Positions 1-9,505 are shown, numbered from the stretch's first letter. The stretch: DNA of 30,501 nucleotides from Bdellovibrionota bacterium (GCA_044356295.1 JBIKWN010000029.1:1-30501), one strand, 5' to 3'. Numbers and translations are program-made. Notes: a model not told the origin generated them from the letters alone.

Positions 1-2
1 TT

Positions 3-251
3 CAGTATGTAAGCGAGGTAGGTACTACTGTTGATGTCGTTACCGTTGGTGCTTGTATGACGACTTCTCCAAAAACTGCACTCAGAAGTTCTTCTGTTTC
101 ACATGTTTTAAATATGATGTGTGAAAGTGGTTATAGACATATTCCTATAGTTGACGAAGCAGAAGCGATTCTAGGAATCCTTTCAGTCCGCGACTTTTTT
201 GATTTCTTGGCAGAACATATCATTGCAGAGCTCGAAGCTAGCAAAAAATAA
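3..251 (+). CDS. CBS-domain protein, 3' part (5'-truncated by window edge)
   Basis: Frame is open from nt 3 (QYVSEVGTTVDVVTVGACMTTSP...). The CBS pattern V..MT..P, M...GYRHIPIVD, ILGILSVRD is present. Confidence 0.8.
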   Translation, partial: QYVSEVGTTVDVVTVGACMTTSPKTALRSSSVSHVLNMMCESGYRHIPIVDEAEAILGILSVRDFFDFLAEHIIAELEASKK

Positions 252-276
252 ATTCTCTAATCTTAGATTGAGAACG

Positions 277-1095
277 TTATACCCTTAAAAGCTTTTGCAT
301 TTTCGGAAAAAGCGTTGGATTGGCAAAGAGCATTCCATCCGTATAAAAATCATGCGGGGCTTTAAAAGTTGAAGGGATATCATCAATGAATCCACAGGTT
401 ACTCCTGCTTCACGAGCAATAACAATTGCTGCAGCACAATCCCATGGGCTCAGTGATTCATAGTATGCATCCATTCTTCCATCAGCTACCCAACAGATAT
501 CTAGTGCTCCTGATCCTAGTCGTCGAAGCTCTCTACAATTGAGTAAAACATTTTTTACTCGGGCAATTAACACGTCTATGCCATCTTTTTTATAAGGGAA
601 CCCTGTGACCACAAGCGCATCTGTAAGCTCTTTGGCTTGACTACAGGCAATGGGGGCACCGTTTTTGAACGAGCCTTTATGACGAATAGCAGTAAAAGTC
701 TCTTCTACAAATGGATTATAAACAACACCAACCGAGAGGATACCTTCAAATGCAAAACCTATGGAAACTGACACTTGATAATGACCATGCGCAAAATTAG
801 TTGTTCCATCAATCGGATCTACAATCCAAATTGGCTTGAGTAATCTTTCAACATCATCAAAATTATTATTTGTTTCTTCTGTCAATAACTCATGGTCAGG
901 AAATTCTGAACGAATTATATCTATAATTATTTTTTCAGCCCCAAGATCGTACTGAGTAACAAGATTTGTCCTATCTTTGAGCTCAATGACAACATCTCTT
1001 TTTTGATGAGACTCTTTTATATATGCACCTGCTTTTTTAGCAGCAACGAGTGCAGTTTGTAGGACACGTTCGAAAAGTTCAGTAGTATTATTCAT
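277..1095 (-). CDS. suhB: Inositol monophosphatase family protein (SuhB)
   Basis: Motifs LVTQYD, TEE, WIVDPIDGTTNFAHG, RRLGSGALDICWVADG and PWDCAAA. Confidence 0.9.
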   Translation of the reverse strand: MNNTTELFERVLQTALVAAKKAGAYIKESHQKRDVVIELKDRTNLVTQYDLGAEKIIIDIIRSEFPDHELLTEETNNNFDDVERLLKPIWIVDPIDGTTNFAHGHYQVSVSIGFAFEGILSVGVVYNPFVEETFTAIRHKGSFKNGAPIACSQAKELTDALVVTGFPYKKDGIDVLIARVKNVLLNCRELRRLGSGALDICWVADGRMDAYYESLSPWDCAAAIVIAREAGVTCGFIDDIPSTFKAPHDFYTDGMLFANPTLFPKMQKLLRV

Positions 1096-1120
1096 ATCAG
1101 AAAGATACTATTAGAAAATT

Positions 1121-2050
1121 ATGGAAGGTTCCAATCCTGTTATTAAAACACTCAAAGCTCATGCTAAAATCAATCTAGCCCTCTCTGTAACTGGGCGACG
1201 GCCCGATGGATATCATGAATTGTCGATGATAAATGCACGATTAGCATTATCTGACGAGGTATCGTTTACCTTGAAAAGTCTTCAAACTCCTCCTCATAAT
1301 GATAAGAATAGTCGAGGAAAAATTGACTTTAACCTTACAACAGCAATTAATGCCGCCTATATCACCTCTGATTCCTTACCTATTACTTCAGATAATATTA
1401 TTGCTAAAACAGTGAATAGGTTTAATTCTGTATTTTCAGAAGTAATTGAAAATTCAGTTCAGCTTGATATTACTTTGAAAAAAAATATTCCTGTCGGCGG
1501 CGGACTAGGAGGAGGAAGTAGCGATGCTGCTCTTGTATTAAGGTTCCTCTATCAGAATTTAATCGCTTCTAACGATTCTCTTGATACAACTTCTCTCGAT
1601 CCTATTTTAGCCAATCTTGCTCTTACCATCGGAGCTGATGTTCCATTTTTTTTACATAACATTCCATTAGCTCACGTGAGCGGTATCGGTGAAAAGATTA
1701 TTACGACAACGGTTCAAGACGTAGAGGTCGAGTCGCCAATTTGCCTCTTAGTTCCAAAATTCTCTATCTCAACAAAAAAAGTATTCGAAACATTAAGGCA
1801 GCAAAAAGATCATACTTTTTCAGTCGCCAAGAGTGAGCTCTTCCAAAATGATCTTGTCCACGCCGCCTCTATAGTAGAGCCTAGAATAGAATCCCTGATT
1901 AACTCCCTTAGTAAGATATCTAATCGATCTGGTCTTTCTGGTAGCGGAAGCACCCTTTACTGCCTCGCACCCTCACAAGATCAGCAAAATAAATTGATTA
2001 CTTTCGCTAAAAACGAGAATCTAACAATTATCGAAACGAACATAGCTTGA
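1121..2050 (+). CDS. ispE: 4-diphosphocytidyl-2-C-methyl-D-erythritol kinase
   Basis: AKINLAL.VTGRRPDGYHEL, GHMP loop IPVGGGLGGGSSDAA, IGADVPFF, GIGE and SGSGS; canonical position before tRNA-Gln and prs. Confidence 0.95.
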   Translation: MEGSNPVIKTLKAHAKINLALSVTGRRPDGYHELSMINARLALSDEVSFTLKSLQTPPHNDKNSRGKIDFNLTTAINAAYITSDSLPITSDNIIAKTVNRFNSVFSEVIENSVQLDITLKKNIPVGGGLGGGSSDAALVLRFLYQNLIASNDSLDTTSLDPILANLALTIGADVPFFLHNIPLAHVSGIGEKIITTTVQDVEVESPICLLVPKFSISTKKVFETLRQQKDHTFSVAKSELFQNDLVHAASIVEPRIESLINSLSKISNRSGLSGSGSTLYCLAPSQDQQNKLITFAKNENLTIIETNIA

Positions 2051-2086
2051 GAGATTCCTGATTCTTCGATAACATCTATCACGTAC

Positions 2087-2158
2087 TGCCCGGTCGCCAA
2101 GTGGTAAGGCATCGGTTTTTGATACCGACATCCGTAGGTTCGAATCCTGCCCGGGCAA
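2087..2158 (+). tRNA. tRNA-Gln (anticodon UUG), CCA not encoded
   Basis: Cloverleaf: acceptor TGCCCGG/CCGGGCA, D arm GCCAAGTGGTAAGGC, anticodon arm TCGGT-TTTTGAT-ACCGA, T arm GTAGG-TTCGAAT-CCTGC. Has the U1-A72 pair typical of tRNA-Gln. Confidence 0.97.
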
Positions 2159-2160
2159 TT

Positions 2161-2369
2161 TTTCGCGCTGGTCGCTCCGGACTAGTTTTCGCGCTGGTCG
2201 CTCCGGACCAGGGGCTGTCGCCCCTCGCTGCTGGTCGCAGCTTCACCCCACTTTTTGAATTTAGTTTTTCCTTTTCGTGATAGTTTCTTGCGTTTCGCGC
2301 TGGTCGCTCCGGACCAGGGGCTGCCGCCCCTCGCAGCTTCACCCCGCTTACTGAATTTGGTTTTTCCTT
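2161..2369. repeat. GC-rich REP-like hairpin repeat, three copies (one partial), directly after tRNA-Gln
   Basis: TTTCGCGCTGGTCGCTCCGGAC occurs at 2161, 2187 and 2293. Copies 2 and 3 continue CAGGGGCTG(T/C)CGCCCCTCGC..GCAGCTTCACCCC..TGAATTT(A/G)GTTTTTCCTT. Internal stems are CTGGTC/GACCAG and GGGGC/GCCCC. Confidence 0.85.
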
Positions 2370-2656
2370 CCTTCTTTATTTTTTGGGGATTAGGGGGTTC
2401 TTTTCACTGTCATTAAGTTAAGAACATTCTCCCCCGTGAACCTGACCTTGAGCGTGAGCGTGAGCGATTTTTCTTTTTTTGATTGGTTATTCAACTGAAA
2501 TCCACAAATCTAACCTTCACTGAGCATGTTCATACTCATGCCTACAACCTCACTCTATAACAGGACTTCAGTGGATTTCGGGGGCTATTTTTTATTTTTC
2601 ATAAAATCTTGCCTGATTTAATTTCTTTAGTTCTCAATATTTTGTACGATCTGGTC

Positions 2657-3607
2657 GTGTCAACAGCCCGTCAAATACTTGTTTTCTCCGGTCGCTCCAA
2701 TCCTAAATTTACTCAAGCCGTATGCGATGGTCTCGATACCGAAGTAGGGCGTTTGGAGGTTATCAAATTCAGTGATGGAGAACTCTCGGTTGAAATCGGT
2801 GATAACGTTCGCGGTCGTGATGTCTATGTTGTGCAAAGCACTTGCAATCCTGGCAATGATCACTTGATGGAACTTTTGATTTTAATTGATGCTTTAAAAC
2901 GTGCATCAGCTTGGCGTATTACTGCAGTCATTCCATATTTTGGTTATGCACGCCAAGATAGAAAGTTAAAGCCTCGCGTTCCAATTACTGCAAAACTTGT
3001 TGCTGATCTTATTACTGTTGCTGGAGCACATCGAGTTTTAAGTTTCGATCTTCATGCTGGACAAGTTATGGGATTTTTTAATATTCCAGTCGATAACTTA
3101 AATGCATTTCCTGTGCTTCTTCCTTATATAGCTGATAAGTACGGAACAAAAGATATTACTATTGTCTCACCAGATGCAGGTGGAGTTGAACGAGCAAGAA
3201 ACTTTGCAACTCGATTAGACAACACTTCAATGGCAGTTATTGATAAACGCAGAAGTGGACCAAACCAAGTCGCCGAAATGAAAGTAGTTGGAGAGGTCGC
3301 TGGTCAAACATGTATTCTCATTGATGATATGGTTGATACTGGTGGAACGCTTATTAAAGCTGCAGAAACCTTACTTGCTGAAGGCGCTAAGAAAGTAGTT
3401 GCTTGTTGCGTGCACCCAGTGCTCTCAGGTAATGCGGCTGAACGAATTACAGCAAGTGTTATCGAAGAGCTTATTGTGTCTGATACAATCCCACTTTCTA
3501 AAGGTGTAAAAACTGACAAAATTAAAGTGCTTTCACTGGCATCTTTATGTGCCGAAGCGATACGCCGAATCCACCTTGATGATTCCGTAAGTAGCCTTTT
3601 TCGATAG
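2657..3607 (+). CDS. prs: Ribose-phosphate pyrophosphokinase
   Basis: FSDGE, PYFGYARQDRK, DLHAGQ, VSPDAGG and DDMVDTGGT. GTG at 2657 is preferred over TTG at 2609 because homology starts just after it. Confidence 0.97.
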   Translation: MSTARQILVFSGRSNPKFTQAVCDGLDTEVGRLEVIKFSDGELSVEIGDNVRGRDVYVVQSTCNPGNDHLMELLILIDALKRASAWRITAVIPYFGYARQDRKLKPRVPITAKLVADLITVAGAHRVLSFDLHAGQVMGFFNIPVDNLNAFPVLLPYIADKYGTKDITIVSPDAGGVERARNFATRLDNTSMAVIDKRRSGPNQVAEMKVVGEVAGQTCILIDDMVDTGGTLIKAAETLLAEGAKKVVACCVHPVLSGNAAERITASVIEELIVSDTIPLSKGVKTDKIKVLSLASLCAEAIRRIHLDDSVSSLFR

Positions 3608-3719
3608 ATTTTTGAGGTATTTATTTCTTTTTCCCCAGTTCCTTTACCCGTTTTCAAAAATATGGTTTAATACCAGGCTCTTATCAAATAGTTATAGTGA
3701 TTACAGGCGGTACTAAAAA

Positions 3720-4388
3720 GTGGAAGGCTTTCAATTAGAAATTTCAAAGCGGGGCGATACAGCTCCTTCGGTTACAAAGCGTCTTAGAAAAGATGGAAAG
3801 ATCCCTGCGGTCGTTTACCATCGTGGAGAAGATTCTTTGCCAGGTTATGTTGGTTATAAGGAATTTGTACGTCTTGCTGAACAAGCAAAGACTTCACAAG
3901 TTTTTACTTTCAAAAGTGATGAGCCAAAATTCAATGGTCAGTCAGCTCTTGTTCGTGATATCCAAAAAGATAACCTTTCAGGTAAAGTACTTCACATAGA
4001 CTTTCAATCATTGAAAGATGATGAGCAGATTCGTGTTACTGTACCACTACGCTACATTGGTGATGCCTATGGTGTTAAAACTGAAGGCGGAATGCTTGCT
4101 ATTCATACACATGAATTGACTGTAAGCTGTTTTCCCAAAGATATTCCTCTTGTTATTGAAGTAGACATTACGTCTCTGAAAATTAACGCTCACATCCATG
4201 CATCAGATCTTACACTTGCGAGTGGAGTGAATCTGATTTCTGGACGTGAAGAAGAGCCTCTGATCTCTGTTGTTGCTATGAAGGAAGAGGAAGCTGCTAA
4301 AACTCCAGATGCGGCTGCTGCTGCAGCTCCTGCGGCTGCTGCTACGGCGGCTCCTGCTGCAGCTGCGAAAGCGCCTGCTAAGAAGTAA
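3720..4388 (+). CDS. rplY: 50S ribosomal protein L25/Ctc (long form, Ala/Pro-rich tail)
   Basis: RLRKDGKIPAVVY, LHIDF, VTVPL..IG...GVK.EGG and IP..IEVDI; lies between prs and pth. Confidence 0.95.
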   Translation: MEGFQLEISKRGDTAPSVTKRLRKDGKIPAVVYHRGEDSLPGYVGYKEFVRLAEQAKTSQVFTFKSDEPKFNGQSALVRDIQKDNLSGKVLHIDFQSLKDDEQIRVTVPLRYIGDAYGVKTEGGMLAIHTHELTVSCFPKDIPLVIEVDITSLKINAHIHASDLTLASGVNLISGREEEPLISVVAMKEEEAAKTPDAAAAAAPAAAATAAPAAAAKAPAKK

Positions 4389-4391
4389 GCC

Positions 4392-4958
4392 TTGCTTGTC
4401 GTTGCTGGTTTAGGAAATCCTGGAACGCAGTACGTTGGTACACGCCATAATGTAGGATTTATGGTGGTGGATGAGGTTGCGAGAAAATTTGGTGGTACTT
4501 TTCGTGCTACTAAAGATCTCGAAGTGTGCGAAGTTAGAATTGCTGATACATCAGTTTTTCTGATTAAGCCTATGACCTATATGAATCGAAGTGGTGAGCC
4601 ACTTTTAGGTTTTTGTAGGCCAAAGGGAATAGAGATTTCGGATGTTCTTGTTGTTCATGATGAACTCGATCTTCCTCAGTATACTCTCAGGTTGAAAGTA
4701 GGAGGGGGTGAAGGTGGACACAATGGGCTGCGTTCGATATCAACTTGTTTTGGTACGAAGGAATACACAAGGCTTCGCTTTGGTATAGATAAACCTTCGG
4801 ACCCTCGATATGAGATTACAAACTGGGTTTTGGGTCGATTCGAAAAACAAGATGGGGTAGTGCTAGAACAGACACTTGTTCGAGCATGTGATGGAATTGA
4901 AATGATGATGCGTGACGGGGTAAAGCGTACGCAGAATTTTTTAAACAGTGTCGATTGA
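4392..4958 (+). CDS. pth: Peptidyl-tRNA hydrolase
   Basis: GLGNPG.QY..TRHNVGF, KPMTYMNRSG, VVHDELD and GGHNGLRSI. Confidence 0.97.
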   Translation: MLVVAGLGNPGTQYVGTRHNVGFMVVDEVARKFGGTFRATKDLEVCEVRIADTSVFLIKPMTYMNRSGEPLLGFCRPKGIEISDVLVVHDELDLPQYTLRLKVGGGEGGHNGLRSISTCFGTKEYTRLRFGIDKPSDPRYEITNWVLGRFEKQDGVVLEQTLVRACDGIEMMMRDGVKRTQNFLNSVD

Positions 4959-4987
4959 TTTTTATTGAAGTTGGAAACTTAAAGACT

Positions 4988-5362
4988 ATGAATAGCTACG
5001 AAACAATTATTATTTTTGATCATCAACTTGGTGAAGCGGTGATTAAAGAAGAGTCAAAAAAAGTTCAGAGCCAAATTGCTGCAGCAGGTGGTATGAATAT
5101 CGTTGAAGCGGCTTGGGGAAGAAAGGAAATCCCATATATCCATAACCGTGTAGCGCCAGGATACTACATCTGCTACACATTTGACTCAGCACGTGCAGAG
5201 ACAGTGAGTGAATTCGAAGCACTCCTTCGTATCAATGAAACCATTGGTAAATTCCAAACTCATAAAACATCTCTTAAAGCCAGAAAATTCAAAGGGAATC
5301 CAAAGTCCAAACTGACTAGTGATTCTGATGATGATTACGGCGATCTTGATCTTGAGTATTAA
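4988..5362 (+). CDS. rpsF: 30S ribosomal protein S6 (divergent, acidic C-terminal tail)
   Basis: MNSYETIIIF, WGRK..PY......GYY and LRINE.I; lies between pth and rplI. ATG at 4988 is preferred over TTG at 4955. Confidence 0.88.
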   Translation: MNSYETIIIFDHQLGEAVIKEESKKVQSQIAAAGGMNIVEAAWGRKEIPYIHNRVAPGYYICYTFDSARAETVSEFEALLRINETIGKFQTHKTSLKARKFKGNPKSKLTSDSDDDYGDLDLEY

Positions 5363-5398
5363 TTTCTAATTGTTAACGATTTTGTATAGTGAGGTTCT

Positions 5399-5959
5399 AT
5401 GTCAGTTGATGTAATTCTAGTAGAAGAGTATCCAGCACTTGGTCATACAGGTGATGTTGTTAAAGTGAAGCCTGGATATGCAAGGAATTTCCTTCTTCCA
5501 CGTGGTATTGCTGTTGAAGCTTCTTCGACCAACGGTAAATTATTGAAACACAAAATGGCTGGTGCTCAAGCTAAGCGTGCTAAATTGAAAGTACAAGCTG
5601 AGGATTTTGCTAAAAAGCTTTCTGCTATTGCCCTTACCTTTACCCTTAAAGCTGGTGAAGCGGGTAAATCTTTCGGTGCAGTCTCTTCTAAAGATATCGA
5701 AGCGCAATTTAAAGTGCTCGGACACGATATCCATAAAAAGCAGATTAAAAATTTCGATCCTTTCCGTAATGCTGGTGATTATCGTGTTGAAGTTCGTGTT
5801 CACGCTGAAGTTACTGCAAGTGTTCCAGTGAAAGTAGTTGTTGAAGCATCTAAAAAAGATGAGTCAGCTGAAAAACCTGCACGTGGAACAAAAGGTAAAC
5901 GCGGTAAGAAAGTTGCTGACGAAGCTTCTGATACTACTGACGCACCTTCAGCAGAGTAA
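5399..5959 (+). CDS. rplI: 50S ribosomal protein L9
   Basis: LG..GDVVKVKPGYARNFLLPRG and G..GKSFGAVS..DI; GAGG RBS upstream. Confidence 0.97.
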   Translation: MSVDVILVEEYPALGHTGDVVKVKPGYARNFLLPRGIAVEASSTNGKLLKHKMAGAQAKRAKLKVQAEDFAKKLSAIALTFTLKAGEAGKSFGAVSSKDIEAQFKVLGHDIHKKQIKNFDPFRNAGDYRVEVRVHAEVTASVPVKVVVEASKKDESAEKPARGTKGKRGKKVADEASDTTDAPSAE

Positions 5960-5967
5960 TAACAGCT

Positions 5968-6798
5968 GTGACCCAAGAAGCTCCGTGGAAGCGGTATCTT
6001 TTTTTAGGGGCACTCTTCTTTTGCTCATTCCTTTTGCCTGTATGGGTTGTTAGTCTTTTCTTAAGAGACTCTTCTTCCAGTGTTGCTAATGTTGACCAAG
6101 ATCCTCTCTTTCCAGATTCAATACCTGTAAAAACACGCGGAGCATTTTTTACAGTACAAGATAATCCTGGTATTTCTGCTATCGAAGGTAGTGATTACTT
6201 GTTTTTTGGATGGTTTAAATTTGACACCCTTCCTCAAGAAGAGAAGGAAGCAGTGTTAGTTTCTAAAATTGATCAAAGTCGCGGGACAAGACCTGGGTTC
6301 TCTATTCAAATTTTAAGAAAAGGTGAATCATTTCGTCCTTCTGTTTATTGGAAAAATAACGAAGGTAAGGGTGGTCGATATGAGTTTGAGGATTTTAAAC
6401 TCTCGGTAAGTGTTTGGTACGCGTTTGTACTTTCATATCAACAGCCAAATACTCTAGGGTTTCATTTTGTTTCAATCAAAGAAGGTGAAAAACCTATCAC
6501 AACATTACTTGGTGGTTATAAATTAAAAATTCCAGTGTATGCAGCATCAAATGTGCGACTACAAATTGGTGCGCCTCAGCTTGGAACTTTTAGGGGAAGC
6601 ATTGGTCCTGTAGGAGTGATATCCGGAAAAAACATTCTCGAAGATATGCGTGGAATTTTAAAAGAGCTTTCTAAAAACCCACTTGGAATAGAGTCGTTTT
6701 TTGACAAAAATGATATCAAATTCTTAACCACTGATGGGGTTAATGATGTTGGCTCACAGCATTTGATAATAAATCAAAGTACAAAACTAAATTCATAA
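5968..6798 (+). CDS. Membrane-anchored protein with probable LamG/concanavalin-A-like beta-sandwich
   Basis: N-terminal hydrophobic helix, then LamG-like strands FFGWFKF, LVSK, WYAFVLSY, LQIG and FRGSIG. Confidence 0.5.
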   Translation: MTQEAPWKRYLFLGALFFCSFLLPVWVVSLFLRDSSSSVANVDQDPLFPDSIPVKTRGAFFTVQDNPGISAIEGSDYLFFGWFKFDTLPQEEKEAVLVSKIDQSRGTRPGFSIQILRKGESFRPSVYWKNNEGKGGRYEFEDFKLSVSVWYAFVLSYQQPNTLGFHFVSIKEGEKPITTLLGGYKLKIPVYAASNVRLQIGAPQLGTFRGSIGPVGVISGKNILEDMRGILKELSKNPLGIESFFDKNDIKFLTTDGVNDVGSQHLIINQSTKLNS

Positions 6799-6800
6799 CG

Positions 6801-8267
6801 ATGCATTTTTTTTTACTGATGCCACTAGTCTGGATACTTCGAGCGATTTGGCTTGAAGTTGATCCTGTCTTTGTTTGGCGATTATTTTCTATTGATAGTT
6901 TTGGAGCAATTACAATACTAGCAAGGGAGTATCGACTCATCTGCCAGGCATTTGGTGAAGTCATTAACCTAGCGATTTTTATTTTCCTTGTATCCTGGCT
7001 CGTTCGAAATCAGAGCTCCAGGATTCATGAAAAAGTGCAAAGTTTTATTTTCTCTCTGTATTCATTCTTTGCGTTCGTTTCAATTGTAAAATATTTTAAT
7101 TTGATTCCTGGTCTCTTTGAATCTTCATGGAATTTCTGGATGGGCATTAACCGATTTGGTGGTGTTTTTACTGACCCAAATGCTCTCGGACTCTGTGCAT
7201 CTCTTTGTGCACTTTGGTACATTGATAGATTCCGTAAAAATAATTGGTTCGTTTCGTTATGTTTTTCTACGCTTTGGATCTTTTTAGGAATCGTTAGTGG
7301 TTCACGTACTTTTTTTCTTATTATAGGAAGCGCTTCGTTTATTTATTGTATTAAATATTTCTTTTTACATTATAGTTTTGACTTCAAGAAACAATGGATG
7401 AAGTGCTGTTTACTCGTGCTCCTTGTTGTTTCATTGCCAACCATAGTTCATACCGTCGCTAAGAATGCACCGGGTATTGGCCTTACCCGTTTATCAAAGT
7501 TGCTTGATCCAGAGTCATTTAACAATGAGCTATCAAGTCGATATATTTTTTTTAGAGTAAACTATTTTTTATTTAAAGAAGCTCCATTATTTGGGGTTGG
7601 ATTCAATCAGTTTGATAGAAAATTTGCACATGCTTCTGAACAATTAAATCTCAACACTCAACGCTGGAAAGATAATCCAAATAGTTTTTATCTTGGGATA
7701 TTTTCTGAATTAGGATTAATAGGTGTTCTTGTATTCCTGATTGGGTTAGCTCAAATCAAATTTAGACCTTTTTCTGACCTCACTTTTCTCTCAGCAGGTG
7801 GGTATGCATTCCTAATATCTCTGATAGTTGGTTGTCATTTAGATTTTATTGAAGTGGCAATCCTTGCCCCATTCTTAGTTGAGAAGTCTATTATTCAGAT
7901 ACATTCTCTACCACTGCGTTTTAAGTATCTTAATTTTGTATTAATTATGATCTCTATTTTTTACCTTTTTTCTCTTCCTAAGAGCGAGAATGGGTACTTT
8001 AGAAAGAAAGATTCTATTTATGTAAGGAGAAAAGCATTCATTGCTGTTGAGTGCGCTCGTGATATTACAATTGAATCTCCATTGATGAATACCTCAAAGA
8101 CGCCTTTTGTAGTACGAATCAATGAAAAGTTGCATACAGTAGTGGACTCTAGTCCATTCCTCTATTCTACAGCACCATGCACATCTTCAGAGAAATTTAC
8201 TTATATTGAAATCTGGTGCTCTCGATTCTTCTTGGTAGATCGTCCATACTGTGTGAGGCTCAAATGA
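6801..8267 (+). CDS. O-antigen ligase (Wzy_C) family polytopic membrane protein
   Basis: Many TM segments; motifs R.GG.FTDPN.LG, SGSRT, R...........PLFGVG.NQF and NSFYL.IFSELGLIG. Confidence 0.75.
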   Translation: MHFFLLMPLVWILRAIWLEVDPVFVWRLFSIDSFGAITILAREYRLICQAFGEVINLAIFIFLVSWLVRNQSSRIHEKVQSFIFSLYSFFAFVSIVKYFNLIPGLFESSWNFWMGINRFGGVFTDPNALGLCASLCALWYIDRFRKNNWFVSLCFSTLWIFLGIVSGSRTFFLIIGSASFIYCIKYFFLHYSFDFKKQWMKCCLLVLLVVSLPTIVHTVAKNAPGIGLTRLSKLLDPESFNNELSSRYIFFRVNYFLFKEAPLFGVGFNQFDRKFAHASEQLNLNTQRWKDNPNSFYLGIFSELGLIGVLVFLIGLAQIKFRPFSDLTFLSAGGYAFLISLIVGCHLDFIEVAILAPFLVEKSIIQIHSLPLRFKYLNFVLIMISIFYLFSLPKSENGYFRKKDSIYVRRKAFIAVECARDITIESPLMNTSKTPFVVRINEKLHTVVDSSPFLYSTAPCTSSEKFTYIEIWCSRFFLVDRPYCVRLK

Positions 8268-9505
8268 AAAAATTTAATATACCAGAGAATTATCGTTCGA
8301 CAATTGTTACCTCTATAAAAAAACACCGAACAGAGCAGGATCAAAAGAAAAGAGACATCACTCCTTCTATCATTACCGTAGGGGATATTACTTTTAAAAT
8401 TGCTCGACACTTTGGATTTTGCTACGGAGTTGAAAATGCAATAGAGATAGCATTCCGTGCGATAGATGAAAATCCAGGGAAACGTGTCTTTTTACTCTCA
8501 GAGATGATTCATAATCCAATGGTAAATGCAGACCTTGAGAAAAAAGGTGTGAAGTTTTTAATGACACCTGACGGAGAAAGGAAAATCCCTTTCTCAGAGT
8601 TGTCACCTGATGATGTCGTTATTGTTCCTGCTTTTGGTACGACAGTTGAACTTTTTTCTGAGCTTACTTCACTTGGTATAAATCCAAGAAAATATAATGC
8701 AACATGCCCTTTTGTCGAAAAAGTTTGGAACCGATCTGAACAGCTTGGTAATGCCGGATTTACTGTTGTGATTCATGGAAAACATTATCATGAAGAGACT
8801 CGTGCAACGTTTTCTCATGCAAAAGTAAAAGCTCCAAGTATCGTTATTCGTAATATGGAAGAAGCGAGACTCTTAGCATCGTATTTTTTTATAACGAAGA
8901 ATGATCAAGATAAGATTCAGTCTTTCCACCATGATTTTGGTGCTCGATATTCTGAAGAATTCGATCCTATCCTCCATCTTTCTAAGATTGGTGTTGTCAA
9001 TCAGACAACAATGCTAGCAGGCGAAACAGAATCTATCACAAATTTTTTTCGTGAAATTTTCATTAGTCACTTTGGAGAAGAAAGGAGTAAAACGTATATT
9101 GCCGATACTAAAGATACTCTTTGTTATGCTACAAGTGAGAATCAGTCTGCTATTCAAGGGATGGTAGCTTCAGGGGGTGATATCGCCGTTGTTATTGGCG
9201 GATATAATTCGTCTAATACAACACATCTTGCAAAGCTTTGTTCAAAGGTATGCCCCACCTATACAGTGAAGGATGCTGATGAAATAGTTTCTTTAAGCCT
9301 CATCAAACATCTTGACCTAGGAAGCTTACAGCCAACCGAGACAGCAGACTGGCTTCCTTCAAAACGTCCTCTTTCAATACTAATCTCTGCCGGTGCGAGT
9401 TCACCTGACGCGCTTGTTGACCAGGTTATTGAGAAAATTTGTGAAGTGGGAGGAGTCAAAAATTTTCTTACTGATGCAGTTGGTACCTTTTGTGCTATAC
9501 AATAA
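8264..9505 (+). CDS. ispH: 4-hydroxy-3-methylbut-2-enyl diphosphate reductase (long form)
   Basis: Three Fe-S cysteines in FGFCYGV, ATCPFV and TLCYAT; also IHNP, HEET, NQTT, SSNT and AGASSP. ATG at 8264 overlaps the upstream stop (ATGA). Confidence 0.95.
   Translation: MKKFNIPENYRSTIVTSIKKHRTEQDQKKRDITPSIITVGDITFKIARHFGFCYGVENAIEIAFRAIDENPGKRVFLLSEMIHNPMVNADLEKKGVKFLMTPDGERKIPFSELSPDDVVIVPAFGTTVELFSELTSLGINPRKYNATCPFVEKVWNRSEQLGNAGFTVVIHGKHYHEETRATFSHAKVKAPSIVIRNMEEARLLASYFFITKNDQDKIQSFHHDFGARYSEEFDPILHLSKIGVVNQTTMLAGETESITNFFREIFISHFGEERSKTYIADTKDTLCYATSENQSAIQGMVASGGDIAVVIGGYNSSNTTHLAKLCSKVCPTYTVKDADEIVSLSLIKHLDLGSLQPTETADWLPSKRPLSILISAGASSPDALVDQVIEKICEVGGVKNFLTDAVGTFCAIQ

Noticed and set aside
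2079..2342. 87-aa minus-strand ORF
   Set aside because: It is the antisense reading of tRNA-Gln and the hairpin repeats; its repeated peptide (PERPAR) just mirrors the DNA repeat.
2161..2369. CRISPR array or prophage attachment site at the tRNA
   Set aside because: Spacing is irregular (26 and 106 nt) and the intervening sequence is itself repeated, not unique spacers. No cas or integrase gene and no duplicated tRNA 3' end were seen.
4308..4385. GCT/GCG-rich repeat at the end of rplY
   Set aside because: It encodes the low-complexity Ala/Pro/Lys tail common in long L25/Ctc proteins, not an independent DNA repeat.
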